Positions 27,476 through 40,884 of a stretch of 64,000 nucleotides of DNA are shown piece by piece. Every line of letters starts with the position of its first letter. Position 1 is the first letter of the stretch. Position numbers and translations under genes: made by a program. The DNA is taken from positions 5,805,888-5,869,887 of the forward strand of contig NC_092676.1 of assembly GCF_964355755.1 (NCBI RefSeq), read 5' to 3'. The notes below the pieces were generated by a model that was not told where the DNA came from, ran no database searches, and saw nothing but the letters and a program-made list of their open reading frames with translations. Origin of the DNA: Antedon mediterranea (lineage: Eukaryota; Animalia; Echinodermata).

Positions 27476-27967
27476 AGGGAGGTTTCGCAACCTTACGAAT
27501 ACGAAAACGGATACGTCATACATTTGTGAAACTTTTGAGCTGATCCCCATTTCATATTCGTAAAGCGTATTCGTGTTGACGAATATCACCAGTCATATTC
27601 GTAACTACAAAACGAGTATAGTTTTTGATCTATTTTGCACATTTTGCATTTGAATCAGGAATGATTTATGATTATAATATAATTATAGATTTATTGAAAG
27701 TAATTTACTAAAATGCCAAGTCAATTTTGATAAATAGCAGTTTTTAAAGTCCTCACTCGCTTTGATGTTACACTAGGCCTAGGCAGCCAAGCACCAAGCA
27801 ACAAGTACCTAGCAGCGCTTCGCTCAAATTTACCGCAGTCATATTTTGGACGCGCCTCAATATTTTGTTGCCATACGAAACAGATTTTTTATGGCTTACA
27901 AAAACGAATACGTGTGCGTGACGTATCCGTTTTCGTTATCGTATTCGTAAGATTGCGAAACCTCTCT
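27476..27967. mobile_element. MITE with ~40-bp TIR (AGGGAGGTTTCGCAA.CTTACGAATACG)
   Basis: Terminal inverted repeats visible; TSD unclear. Confidence 0.75.
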
Positions 27968-28104
27968 ATTGTGTACAAGACTATCTCTAATACTGTACTT
28001 TGGTAAAGTGAAATGCATCTATATTTTATAATGTTGGGAGGTTTATCACCTGTAGTAAGTATGTTGTATATCTAACCTTACCCGATTCTAGTCTAAACTA
28101 ATAA

Positions 28105-28413
28105 AATAATAATAATATCCTGGATTTATATAGCGCCTAATGTTGTGAAACCTCTAAGCTCTGAACATTATTACTCCAGTAATTTTTTCCTGATCAAACA
28201 CCTATGGAAACATACTACCATATCAAAAATGTAGCTAGTAATCCGTGAAAAGTTGTGTCTTGATCTAACCAGGTTCCCATTTATACACCTGGGTGGAGAG
28301 AGGCAGACGCAAGTAAAGTATCTTGCCTAAAGGATACAAGCAATGCGTGTTGGATTCGAACCTCGATCTCACGATCAGTAGTCGAACGTCCAGCACACTG
28401 CGCCACACGCTCT
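28105..28413 (-). mobile_element. Full-length tRNA-derived SINE with (ATT)n tail
   Basis: Minus strand gtgtggcgcagtg (A box), ggttcgaatcc (B box), central ctctccacccaggtgtataaatggg, tail gcgctatataaat...attattatt; copy at 50424-50740, fragments ~38686-38817 and ~39750-39835. Confidence 0.85.
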
Positions 28414-29024
28414 TGTAAAACCTTTTGATTTAGTTCAATATATCAATATATTATACATGCTTTGTGGCAAATTTTTACAATTTCCAGTAGATCCTTGAGC
28501 ATGCATACCACATTGAATTTAAATGTCTTGGTACCTTTAACTACTATTTATATAGTCAATCATAGGGTTCATAACAGAAATGTACTGTTATGACAATTAT
28601 GATGCAGGTTCAGCTGAGTTTAGTCAAACACAAAGTGCCAGTCTAGCCTAAGGACATTTTGATTAGATCATTGAATAGGAAGTGAATACAGAATTAAAAA
28701 AACAGTAATAGTGGGAGGTGACTTTTACTCTAAAGCTCTGTCTACACTATCAAACTTTATGTGACAAAAAAGGGTGATGTGCCCATATATAGACATGATG
28801 ATGTCATGTCAGTACCATATTCAAGCATATCACTACCAAATTTAGGCACATTAAACATTTTTGTCAAACTATTTTGATAGTGTAGACAATGTTCCTGATT
28901 AGGTATTGGTCGGTAAAATATCTGTTCTTTTGTTTATTCCACAGGAAAGTGTCTCCTTAATAAGATTGTCCTTTGAGTAGTGGCATGGCCATAAGTTAAA
29001 ACTTATATTCCTCTCATTTGTTTC

Positions 29025-29550
29025 AGAAAAGTGTCCCTTTAAGATGTGTCCCCACAATAGAGGTTAACCATTGTGTCAAAGCATATCCCTTTAGTCGTTT
29101 CATGGAAGTGTCCCTTTAAGATGTGTCCCTCAATAGAGGAACCATTGTGTCAAAACATATACCTTTGTTCGTTTCATAGAAAAGTGTCCCTTTAAGATGT
29201 GATCCCTCAATAGAGGTTGACCATTGTGTCAAAACATATATTCCCCTCGATTCATTTCATGGTATAAGTGTCCCTTTAAAGGTTGTGTCATTTAAATATA
29301 GGTTGGTCATTGTAGTTGGTTGGTCGGTCATTTTTAATATAAAATATAAATTCCTTACAGTAGTTTGTTTCACGGAGAAGTGTCCTTTAAGGTGTGTCCC
29401 CTCAATAGAGGTTGGCCACTGTGTCATACTATCTCTTCATTCGTTTCATGGAAAATGGTCTCCTTAGTAGTATCGTTTCCCCTTGAATAGAGGTTTGGTC
29501 GTTGTGTTTAAAATTTATTTTCCTTGTTCGTTTTATGGGAAAGTGTACCC
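29025..29550. repeat. Degenerate ~70-bp tandem repeat (aagtgtccctttaagatgtgtccctcaatagaggtt..ccattgtgtcaaaacatat)
   Basis: About 6 units; contains the reverse complement of the 17-bp minisatellite motif. Confidence 0.8.
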
Positions 29551-29607
29551 TCCAGTAGTCCTACTTTAGAAGTACTGAAGTAAAAAAAAAAAAAAATCAA
29601 AACTTAC

Positions 29608-29645
29608 CTTGCTGGTGTGTACTGAGGTTCAATTGAATTTTGCAT
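29608..29645 (-). CDS. TP53I11: TP53I11 alternative first coding exon MQNSIEPQYTPA(R); predicted 205-aa isoform
   Basis: aaacATG preceded by in-frame TAA, 38 nt, consensus donor AAG|gtaagt, phase 2. Confidence 0.7.
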
Positions 29646-31049
29646 GTTTTAATTCTCAATAAATTATAGTCCAATTTAATTTGTTCATAGAAACAGACAC
29701 AGACCTTGATAGCAACCAATAAAAGAACAAGGTCATAAAATAATTAAATTATTACAAGGAACAAAATATAAAATTTGTCTGGGTTAGCTTCTCACATTCA
29801 AAGTTGTTTTAACACTAATACAATATTACTATTTTGTTGAACAATAAATTTTAATTTTTAACAAGGAGTCCATATTCATTTCATTTCATTTTCATTTCAT
29901 TTCTTTATTCGACAACAAGCGGTCCAGGGATTGCGACAGCAACAGAGCACCATAACACATTTGTGTCCGCAATCCCTGTAACATACAACTTAATACAAGT
30001 TAAAAATGAATATAAAATATACAGAATATATAAAAAATTTAATTAATTTTAATTAATTCACCCAGGCCAATACCCTTAATATTGTTTTTAGCCTAATTTT
30101 TTGTTAATGGACCAAACTATGACAACTACAGTACTGTAAATATATTAACACAATTCCGTTATTATAACATATCTTAATTTGAATATTCAATTTATTTCTA
30201 TAGTACCCAAAGGTAAAGTAATATTAAAGAGGTAGCTGGCTCATTTGTGTTTCAGCAATGTATTTTTCTTTCTGTCCAGCATGTCTTATCTGTACATTAT
30301 ATTTTGTTATTGTACTGTATATTATATATTGCTATTATGCTGGTCAAAACAAAATGAAAAATGAAGCTACCAAACATGGATATATAATAGAGTCCTTATT
30401 AAGGATCAAATAAAGTGTCACTTTAAAAGAATGTCCTTTAAAAAGGGTTAATTTATCCTAAATTAAAGGAACATGGGACCCAAGCATAAGATAGAATTAT
30501 ACTTTGAAAAAAACTATAAAGAATGATAAAGAACTATATTGAGATAATTTCCAAATAGATACCGATCACATTTTTCAGATAACTTATAAAAAATTGATAT
30601 GAATTTTTAAATTTAAACTCGGTATTCATCAGAGAATGCATTCATCAATTGATAGGAAAATAAATAATACCGAAGAAGATGAAAAATAACGCTATGGAGT
30701 TTCAAATGCCATAAATGTGTCTACAAACAATAGGTTTTACTGATATCATACTATGATATAAAAAAAGGAAATTATTGAGAAGAGAAAATTAGTATTGGAA
30801 GAATGAAGGTCAAATTTAGGTCACCATTTTGGAGATATAAGGTTTATACTAGGTTTGAGCATGGGCGAATTTTTTTCTCCATGGTTTGAAAAGAGCTGCT
30901 ATACAGGGCCTGTTTCTGGTACAATTTAATAACGTATTTAAATAGCATAGGCCTATACCTTCTTTTTCTTGGCAGCAAAAACAGAGAACTGGATAGAAAC
31001 TGCATTTTGGAATGGCATATTCAACAAGTTAATTTGATAATTGATGATT

Positions 31050-31215
31050 ATCATGATATGACGTTGATAATTGATGATGTTGATTGATAATTGACAATGA
31101 TTTATTATGATTATGATGATAATGATGATGATGATGATGATAATGATGATAATGATAATGAATGAAAATGATGGTGATAATTGATCATGATGATATTGAT
31201 ATGGTTATGATGATC
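31050..31215. repeat. Degenerate (GAT)n microsatellite
   Basis: Directly visible. Confidence 0.8.
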
Positions 31216-31289
31216 AGCTGATCTGTATTCATTTTAATGGTTTTAGATTTTAGTTTTATTGCATGGTCTAACCACAGAAATGCGTCAAT

Positions 31290-32337
31290 GACCCCATTTA
31301 CACTTCGACAATTTCTTAGCCGGCCCGAAGTCGGCCCGACGCCGGCTTTCTTTTTAGCCCGCAATGTGTTTACACTTACCCAAAAAGCCGGCCTCGGGCC
31401 CTTACTTTTGCGTTTACACTTGCTCTCGCGGAAGAGTGCTCGATGATACGATTTCGCTACATTCACGTCTTAAAAAGTTAATATTATAAGCGTTGTCGAT
31501 CTACACTAGGCCTAGGCCTATCAACTTTATCAAAAAAGAATCAAATAACGGTATTTAATATTGATCAAAACAATTGTATTATTGCTTTTACTACTAATGT
31601 TTGCGTCTCGTTTTCTAAAGAATAGTAGTAGATCATACGCCTTTTTCACGAAACGGAAGACATCTTCGATCGATGACAACACAAACAATGCCGTTCAACG
31701 AAGCGTAACCAACAGAAATAACATAGCGTTTTCAGCCTATTTTCGGAGGACAAGTTACTTAAAAATTCGTAAATCCTCAACGGACAGTCGTATGGACAAA
31801 ATTTTTACTGTAAAATGTTCTTTAAAGATTAGCCTATAGAAGTTTGTGATTAAAAAAAATTATAATTTTTTTTTCACTTCTTAAGTCCATCGAAAAAAAA
31901 CACCATAGTTTATAAGCATAGGCGCCGCATGGTGTCCTGAAATCCCCTGAAAACACTATGTTATTTCTGTTGGTTACGCTTCGTTGCACGGCATTGTTTG
32001 TCATAGATCGAAGATGTCTTCGTTTCGTGAAAAAGGCGTATACATCTTCACCAATTTAATTTCAATGAAGAATTTCCGATTCATCAGCAATAAGTTTCGT
32101 AAACTTAAAGCTATAGGCCTAGTTGACCCAGAACGTTCATTTTATGACCGCGAGTGTTTACACTATACGAAGTGCCGGCCCGAAGCCCGCAATTGCCGGC
32201 CCGAAGCCTACTCTAGACTAGGCTCAAAATTGAGCCGGCTCGAGGCCGGCTCGGTTGTTCCCAGAGTGTTTACACTTGTGCACTTTTGGCTCCGAGCCGG
32301 CCTCGGGCTCGCTAAAAGCTGAAGTGTAAATGGGGTC
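31290..32337. mobile_element. Non-autonomous TIR element with 3-bp TSD AAT (Harbinger-like), holding a nested palindromic element 31638-32038
   Basis: aat|gaccccatttacacttc ... gaagtgtaaatggggtc|aat; inner ta|cgcctttttcacgaaac ... gtttcgtgaaaaaggcg|ta. Confidence 0.82.
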
Positions 32338-34073
32338 AATGTTGTTAAGAAAATGGACTAAATGATCTTCTCTCTAGAAGCATGTAGGGTAATTTGAATC
32401 CAGTTCGTACTACTGCAGGCCTATTAGTTGTAGGTTTCAAGTTAAGTATTAAGAAATTTAACACTTAATACCACAACTTTGTTTTCTCAAGACTCGTTGA
32501 AGGTATATTGTTTTTATAACTACACGTAGCATATTATGCCCATTGCTTTAGGCTTAAATACAAGGTATGTATTGTTCCCCAAAAAAATTAAGATTTATAA
32601 AATCAATTAAATGGTCTATTTTGTAGTTTTAACCATGTTAATCACTTCCGTAGGAAAACATGAAAGAAATAATGTTTTTGCTTATAAAATGACATTAAAC
32701 GGTTATTTTCAACCAATTGGCTGGCAGGCAATTTTAGTATTTTTTACTGTAAATTACAGTTTTTTCAGCTAAATATATATTTTTTTTCGATTCAATAGGT
32801 CATAGTGAATAACTATTACTTGACATTAAAATGGCATATTCAACAAGAAAAATTATTTTTCAGGTGGACAATACATCTTTTTATTGTATTTCAACTATTA
32901 GTGTCGAATCATACCCATTGTTACACCTATCACATGCAGGAAATATTAGTCTAGTTGTACAATTAAGAATGAATGTCAAGAAAGAAATAATTGCATCTTT
33001 AGGAAATAGCCTGTTAAAAAATTCTTCACATTTTGAACATTTATTTCATATGTGATGACCGGATTTCCTGGGGATAATTTATCATCAACATACACGATTA
33101 CATTATTAAATTTATTTCAGAAGCTAACAGAATATTGCTAGATTCATCAAATAGATAGCATTCTTTACCTAAAAAAAGCGAAATTAAATGAAAACCAAAA
33201 TTTTATTTTTATTTTGCAACTATAATTTAAAGCCTCGTCACTGAGAGGTCCATGTTTTTCTCCATCTGGGCGGTTCTGCAATTATACTTCTTCCTACTCT
33301 TTAATAATTTGTGCAATCATTTGTATTGTTGATATATCCGTAAATACTGTTATGAATAACTTTGGAATTTTAAGGAATTTAACATCATTACTTTGGGTGT
33401 TAATACTGGACATCCATTTATGAACACTGTACAATGGAATCATTTAAATTGTTTGTGATCTGCATAGAACTTTCATAAAATCCACAACAAATATAATTTT
33501 ATATTTTTCATTTTCATCAATTACGCAAGCATTAATGGAAACAAGATCCGACACAGATTTAGCTGGATCAGCTTGGATTAAGCAGGATCAGATTGGTTTA
33601 AGCGGGATCAGATTGGATTAATCTACAATGCTATATAGTGCCGTTCTTTTCTCGCCAATCTCGGTTATTAAGACAGACTGTACTAAGATTAAAACCTCGT
33701 TATTGAAAATAATGCATTCTCATTTTGCCAAGCTTAATAAAAATCTAATCATGTCATGGAAACAAACAACAATATTTTTTAATAGAACTATTCAATGACA
33801 CGGTCCAAAATAATTAATCTTTAGAATACATCTACAGTACTGTATTGTAAGTCCAGAATACCGAAACGGTCCAGTTATTTTAAAGAGTTTTTTTTATACC
33901 AATTTTGACAAAAGGTCATTTAATAATTAAAGACATAAAATGGAAGAAACTTTTCTAATTTATCACAAATATTCCTAAAATAATATATACTAGGTTAAAT
34001 GTACACATAGATATACAGTTATCTATTATCATAAATTAGTAAATAGTTACTCCACAGGGTGAAACTGCCTTAC

Positions 34074-34148
34074 CTTCTTAACTCACTGTGCTTAAACAAT
34101 ACTGTACCCTGTTTTAAGTTTGGCTTCAGCCTGTGCAATTGACCCTGC
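34074..34148 (-). CDS. Candidate symmetric cassette exon (R)QGQLHRLKPNLKQGTVLFKHSELR(R)
   Basis: cttttaacaaattttag acceptor, 75 nt open in phase 2-2, donor AAG|gtaagg; no homology support. Confidence 0.4.
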
Positions 34149-36010
34149 CTAAAATTTGTTAAAAGATGCTGTTGGGAAACTTTTGGCTAGTCCATTTTAA
34201 AATAGGGGTGACATATTCAATTCTAATTTAATAAACAAAATTGACATAAAATAAATTTGCCAAGCATCTAAAAGACATGCTTTATTAATAATATAAATAT
34301 TTTACAGTTATATTTAAATTTATGAAAGATTAATTATTAAATGTTGATTAGTTTTGGCTTTGTTTAACTGACACAAGTTCAGTAAATAATAGAATATTCT
34401 GTATCACTTTACGAATAGTATACACAACGTTTTTACCTTATTAATGGAATGGTGTTTGCTTTGTGTTTATATCAGGAAATTTATTCTATTGACGTTGTGA
34501 TCATCTTACATAGGAATACAAAAATCACTTGCAATATATAAGAAACCAAAGATAATACTTAAAATAATGTTAATAATAATATTAATAGCTGCTGTATTGA
34601 TAAGTCTCATGTGTTTTGGATGTTTAACAAAATGATTGCAATCAATATAAAATCACTTTAAACAAGAAATATTTCTTACAAAAAACGCCGTTCTTTCTTC
34701 ATCAGATATAATGATTTATTATATCAATTATTTTTGTTTAACAATCAGTAGTAAACATGATTTATATAAAAATAGTCTGGACTACACTGTACAGAACAAA
34801 AATATAATCATAAACAAAACTACAGCATATGTAAACTGAATATATGTACATTACATATTCCAGGGTAGGAGCATTAACTCCCTAATGACCTGGCCCACAT
34901 ACTAGTATAAAGGCCTACTACATAACGATGGAACATTAGAAGTCAATATTGCTCAATATTAAAATAAAGAAAGAATTATGAAAATCTGACTTGTAGTTTT
35001 CGAAATATAGGGACCAAAACATCGCCGAAAATAATCATGGCGTCGCTTCATGGACCATTTAAGGGAACAAGATTACTACCTGTAGTACTATGTATGGGTG
35101 GCTATTAGGGCCATAATAGTAAACATTTAAAACAAAGAACAAAGTAAAAAAACAACGAACAAACTATAAAAAAGGATAATAAAAATATAGAAAACAAAGA
35201 ACATATTCTTACTGTATAATAGTAATAAATAAAAATACAAAGAATTAACAAAAAACAACGGACAATTTGTCAAATTAAAGGACGTGTCAGTGTCACAAAA
35301 AATTAATGGACAAGCTCAACAATCAAAGGACGTTTGCAAAAAATGCTAACTAATTTTTAATGTTTGAGGGCAGTATTTCACATGCGCCAACCAAAGCCTC
35401 ATAAAGACTTATGACATTGGATCAAAGATGGATGGATTACATAGAAGCTGTTTTGACACAAACTGCGCTGCCAATGTCTATCAAATTTCAGAGACTCGTT
35501 CATCATTTCATTTTGATAATTTTTCTTTATTCATTAAATATTGTTTATAATACCCTTTATTATCTTTTTAGTGAGCAAAGCATAAATTATGAATTAAAAA
35601 ATATTACATAAAATAATATATTTTTTACAATTTGACATCCAAAAGTACACCAAAAGGAAGCGAGTACTTCTCAGTTTGGTGACTATTATTTAAATGCATG
35701 TACATACATACAACATACAGCAATTATGTACATAACAAAGTAAAAATATTGGTCGCCTACGACCGGTCAGCATCTCCGGTGGGACACTCCCCTGTGGGTA
35801 TAGGGGAAGATTTTCCTCTACTTTGATAGTGACCACCACCATAATGGTTTTATAAGGCGACGTACTTGTAGTTATGGAATATATATACCGTAGGTATTTA
35901 TTCATAAAAAAACACATAAATAGTACAAACAGAAGGCAGCTCAACGGCTGAAAAATTCTGCAAAAAACGTACAAAGTAAAAATCTAAAAGACTAACAACA
36001 ATATAATATA

Positions 36011-37365
36011 CTAGCAATTATACCCGCCCCAGGGCGGGTTTCAAAATTAGTTTACAGCCTTCTCAGTACATAACAACCGACAGCAGTATCTGTCTATACT
36101 CACCAACCTCCACCCCTCTTCAATAACACCCCATACTCTTTCTTAAAAACAAATTCTTCCCAGTGATGGACAAATTCAATTCAACCTAAGCTTCGAATTG
36201 AAAGGAGTATGCATAGCTACGATGGGTCTAATAATGGTTGAAGTACGTTGTAAATTGTGTAAATAAATAGGTGTCATATTGGCTGATAATTAAAATATGT
36301 AATTTAGATACTGCGGTCCCCCGGCCTTCTTTCTCCTTTCAGCACCCCAGCCACCATCAACAAACCTTAACTCCTCCCCTGGACAGTTCAAATTTAGTAA
36401 CTTTTCCTAGTACAATCCAATCATATAGGCTACTTCATTACGCTAGTATTTTCGCTCCTCCTCCCCCTACAAACACACCCCAGATACACTGGGTGATGTG
36501 TTGAAGCCGGTTCCAGAACAAATTATGTTATTATCACTCCCAACCCATAATCCCTCAGTGGCAGTTTTCAAATGTAGTTTAAAACATTCCAAATACAGTT
36601 TCGGTCATTGTGTTAGGCCTACATCCCCACCCCAAACTCCCATCCGCTTCCCAGGGATGATTAAATACTTTAACATTTTCCAACCACAATTCTGGTGTAA
36701 GCAATCAAAATCCCCACTATCCCCTGAACCCAAACTCCCAAACCCTATCTCCCAACCCCACTGGGTCTGTAATGAGACAATCCAAGAGACCGATACATAG
36801 CTGGATAATGGTAAAAGTACTTTGCTAAATGTGTAATTGAATAGGTGTCATATTGGTTAATGAATAAAATATCTATATCTATATCTATATTTCCCCAAAC
36901 GCCTTGCTGAGGATAATTAAAATACTGTAAAACTTTTGTAGTATAATTTTACAATTCGATAGCCTACAACCCCAAAAAATGACATCACAAACCACCACAC
37001 CACCCCCCCCCCCCCCCCGCCCCACCCCTCCCACAAAAACCCCAGGAGTCGGGGGAATTTTTTTAAATGTGGTTTAAAACCTTCCGGGTACAATTGCTAT
37101 CATTTTGATACCCCATACGTATGGTTACATGCAGAAACAGAAATTTTTTATAACGAACAAACATCGAAAGTGGGGGTTTTTACCACATTTTGGTCCCTAA
37201 CTTGGATCCTAGGTGGCGGATGATGTTGAAATATAGCTTAGAACATTCCCGGTACAATTGCGGTCATTTTGATACCCCATATGTAAGATTATGTGCAGTA
37301 ACAAAATTTTGTATAACGAACAAACAAACAGACAGACAGACAAACTCTCTCACTTATAATATAGA
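36011..37365 (-). mobile_element. Non-autonomous Helitron
   Basis: Minus strand A|TCTATATTATAAG ... hairpin cccgccc/ggcggg about 10 nt before CTAG|T; no TSD; (ACAG)n near 5' end. Confidence 0.8.
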
Positions 37366-39882
37366 TACAAGTACACAGTAAATCAGATCATTAAAAAGCC
37401 GTTAAAATACTTTAAAAAATTCTTTAAAATGCCAAAAGACCCAGATAAACCAAAGCATGCAGTACCGGTAATTACTAATTCGTTAATTATTATTAATGTT
37501 ATAAACCTACAAGGTTTTAGTTTTAGAAGCTTCATTCATTCTATCAATAATGTTAGGGATGGTAGAGCGTTTCCAACGATTGGTTTTAATTTGAATGTTT
37601 TGTTCCAAAATCAAACAATGTTTTGCTTTGCTAAATAAGAGTATAAACAAAATGTAGTTTCAGTAACTGCAGTAGAATAATTTTGACATTTACAGTTATC
37701 AACAATTTAAATGAAATGAAAATCGTTATTTTCATGTAGCCACATTATCTTATAAGCTTGTCTTCTTCATTAATTACTTTTATTATAATGAATTTCAGGT
37801 TTTATTTTCCTACAAACTGTGGACATGACTGCACAGAACCAATTGACACGTATAACAGCAATCGAAGCCACTCAACAGATCGTCTTTACGGTAACCTTAT
37901 TAAAGATGAATTACATTTCAACGAAAACAAGAGTCAGTTTAGTGCTATCAGACACTAGTATACATTTTGAATTGACGCGTTCTGTGTTTTTGATAATAAA
38001 ACTTTTTTTTTTAAATGAAACTCAAAATTTATTAAATATAAAATACAAACTGAACTTGTTCATACATTGATAATACTATAATACTTCTTATTTCTTCTGT
38101 TAATGCAGTACCCACTATAAAGATACAGTAGGATATTTGTGTTCTATAGATTAATATGATTAATTGATAACTAGAAATTAATTTTATTATTAATATTAAT
38201 TACTTAATTTGAATAGGCAATAATGTACGCAACACTATTTGCATACAGTACAATGTACAGTACATTTAACATAACTGAACCAATTAATTAAAAAAATAAA
38301 GGATGCAATATGACGTGAATGGCGAATTCATTATGTAAGTCTGATTAGACTGTCCTACTACAGTAGCTGTAATCTATCATGAAATAAAATAGGAAGAAAA
38401 GACAACCTAGAATGTGACCTATAAACCTACAGTACTGTATCTACAAATCCCTTTCACACTATATAGAGTACACTCTCCACATAATAGTAATGGACTCTCC
38501 ACTCTAAACAACCCTTTCTTGAGGTCAGATCCAAAGGCAGGCACGGTTGGGGCTGGGCGTGGGCTAAACAGGCTTTAGTCACCCGAAAATTTAACAGCCA
38601 TATCTTTTAAAAATAAAATAATGACTTTTTTATATTTGGATCTACCCCTGAAAGGGTGCTATATTTGCCCAGCCAATGGGTGTTAAATAATCATAATCCT
38701 TGATTTATATAGCATCTAATTTTGTGAAACCTCTAAGCGCTAACATTATTACCCCCGTTTTTGGATCAAACATGTATGGAAACATACTCCTATAATGCAG
38801 CTAGTAATCAGCGCAAAAAGATGCATGTCACAAAAAAGTGTGTTACAATGTACTGTACAAACTGTAGATAGACAAAAATTAAAAAGGGAAAAGAGTAAGA
38901 AAACTATAAAATGGGGACCTCCTACAGAAAAATCTTAAGTCCCTTTCACACTATATAGAATACAGTTACCATTCTTATACAAAGGCTCCATTGAGGTCAT
39001 AATGATCCAAAGTTTTTTTTACCATTAAAAAAAGAGACATATACAAGTATTGTACAATTTGCAATTGACAGTGAAAATCTATGTTAAATGAAATTCTTTT
39101 CTAAACATTGAATGGTCTGTGATTATGCAATGAAGGTCATATATGTAGACTCACAAAAAAAACAACATTAAAATTATGAAGAATAAAAACAATTGGGCTT
39201 CCCCTCTACTTTTGAATAATCTGATATACTGTATAACACATCTGCCGATAAAAATATGGCTATGAAAGAATGTCAAAATATGAAGAAAATAGAGCAAGAT
39301 TTCCTCAAATATATAATGTTCTGATAATATACTTAAAACCTTTGGAAAAGGTATACAAAAAAGGTTAATGATGAATAGAACAAAAATATAATTAAGAAAC
39401 AAGACCTCTCTAAAAATGTAGAAAACAAAAAGTATAGGTACAAGACCTTTCTAAAAATGGTACAGTATGTGCGATTTCAATCCGCATGTGGATTTTACGT
39501 TTCATGAATTACTTTAGTAATTGATAACATTTACGTAAAGGTATTAATAATAGCTATGGAATTACTATCAATTTATGCTTTCAAAAACTTTCATTCCTCT
39601 CTTTAATACACAACAGAAAAACATGGTTACATATCTATTTTCTATACAGATTCTACATGAGACAAGCTATGCGGTTTTCTGCACCACCGTAACCGTTCGT
39701 CTATGTATATTGACCTTCACCCTTGTCATCGGATCATAAATGTATGGACAGCACCCATAATGTTGCAGCTAGTAATCAGCGCATTTGTGCTTAACCCAGC
39801 CAGGTACCCATTTACACCTGGGTGGAGAGAGGCAAACAAAAATAAATGATAAGCATGACAAAAATATAGATGATATTCTCAC

Positions 39883-39941
39883 CTTTGAAAGCTAGCCTGC
39901 CTTTTTAATGTTGCCTGTTCTGAGGAACTTGTTTCCGACAT
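39883..39941 (-). CDS. TP53I11: TP53I11 alternative first coding exon MSETSSSEQATLKRQASFQ(R); predicted 212-aa isoform
   Basis: actATG preceded by in-frame TGA, 59 nt, donor AAG|gtgaga, phase 2. Confidence 0.75.
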
Positions 39942-40884
39942 AGTCTTTCAACTGAATTCGTTAAATGGATGTATTGGAAAATTAAATCAGCGTTCACAGT
40001 ATTTATCACCTAGGCCAGCACTGCATCGATTAAAAGCTTAGTTAAAACCACTCAAATCTTGACATATAAATATAACGAAAATAGAAATCCAACCGAGTTT
40101 TCTGAGCTTTTTTCAATTATAGACAGTCAAACCTTGCTAACGTTGATTAAACAAAATCACAGTGACAGGCCTAGAAAAACTTTAAAAGCTTTTTCTGGTA
40201 ATTGTCATTCCTTTATACAAAGAATATAAATAGATAACAAGCCTATTTGAAACATGTTCGTACATTTACACACTAATGATAACTGAAATCGTGAAGCTCT
40301 GGCAATCAATCTAAATGCTAGATTAAAGATTATACTTCTCTCATAAATGTTGTACTAACTACATGTGCATATTATACGATGAACTATGACCCTTTATATA
40401 TTGAATTTACATCTATCGAATGTCAAATCATTAATAGGACGTAGTTTTTTCATTGTTTAAATTGCACTCCCAACGTGACAAATGCGCGATTGTTATCTCG
40501 TAAGCAATTCGCAATTAATTTTTTATACTTTTGAAGCGATGGTGATAATCATCTGATTGTCATACTCGATAAAGCTAACTCGTAGATATATTTTCTAAAG
40601 TGACAATTTGCTAATGGGAATTATTCGACACTCAGAATTAAAAGTAATAGAATTAATAGGGATAAATCTACTAGGAGTATGGAATACAAAATGTTTTTAT
40701 TTTATTTTATTTTTATTTTTATTTTATTTTATTTTTATTTTATTTTATTCAATTAAAACCAACAGCGATAAATACCGCCACTAACAGGTTTGAAACATAA
40801 AACAATACAACATCAAAAACGGTTAACAATAAAATATATAAATATATTTTTTAACACAAATGTTAGGCCAAAAAAAATATAATC

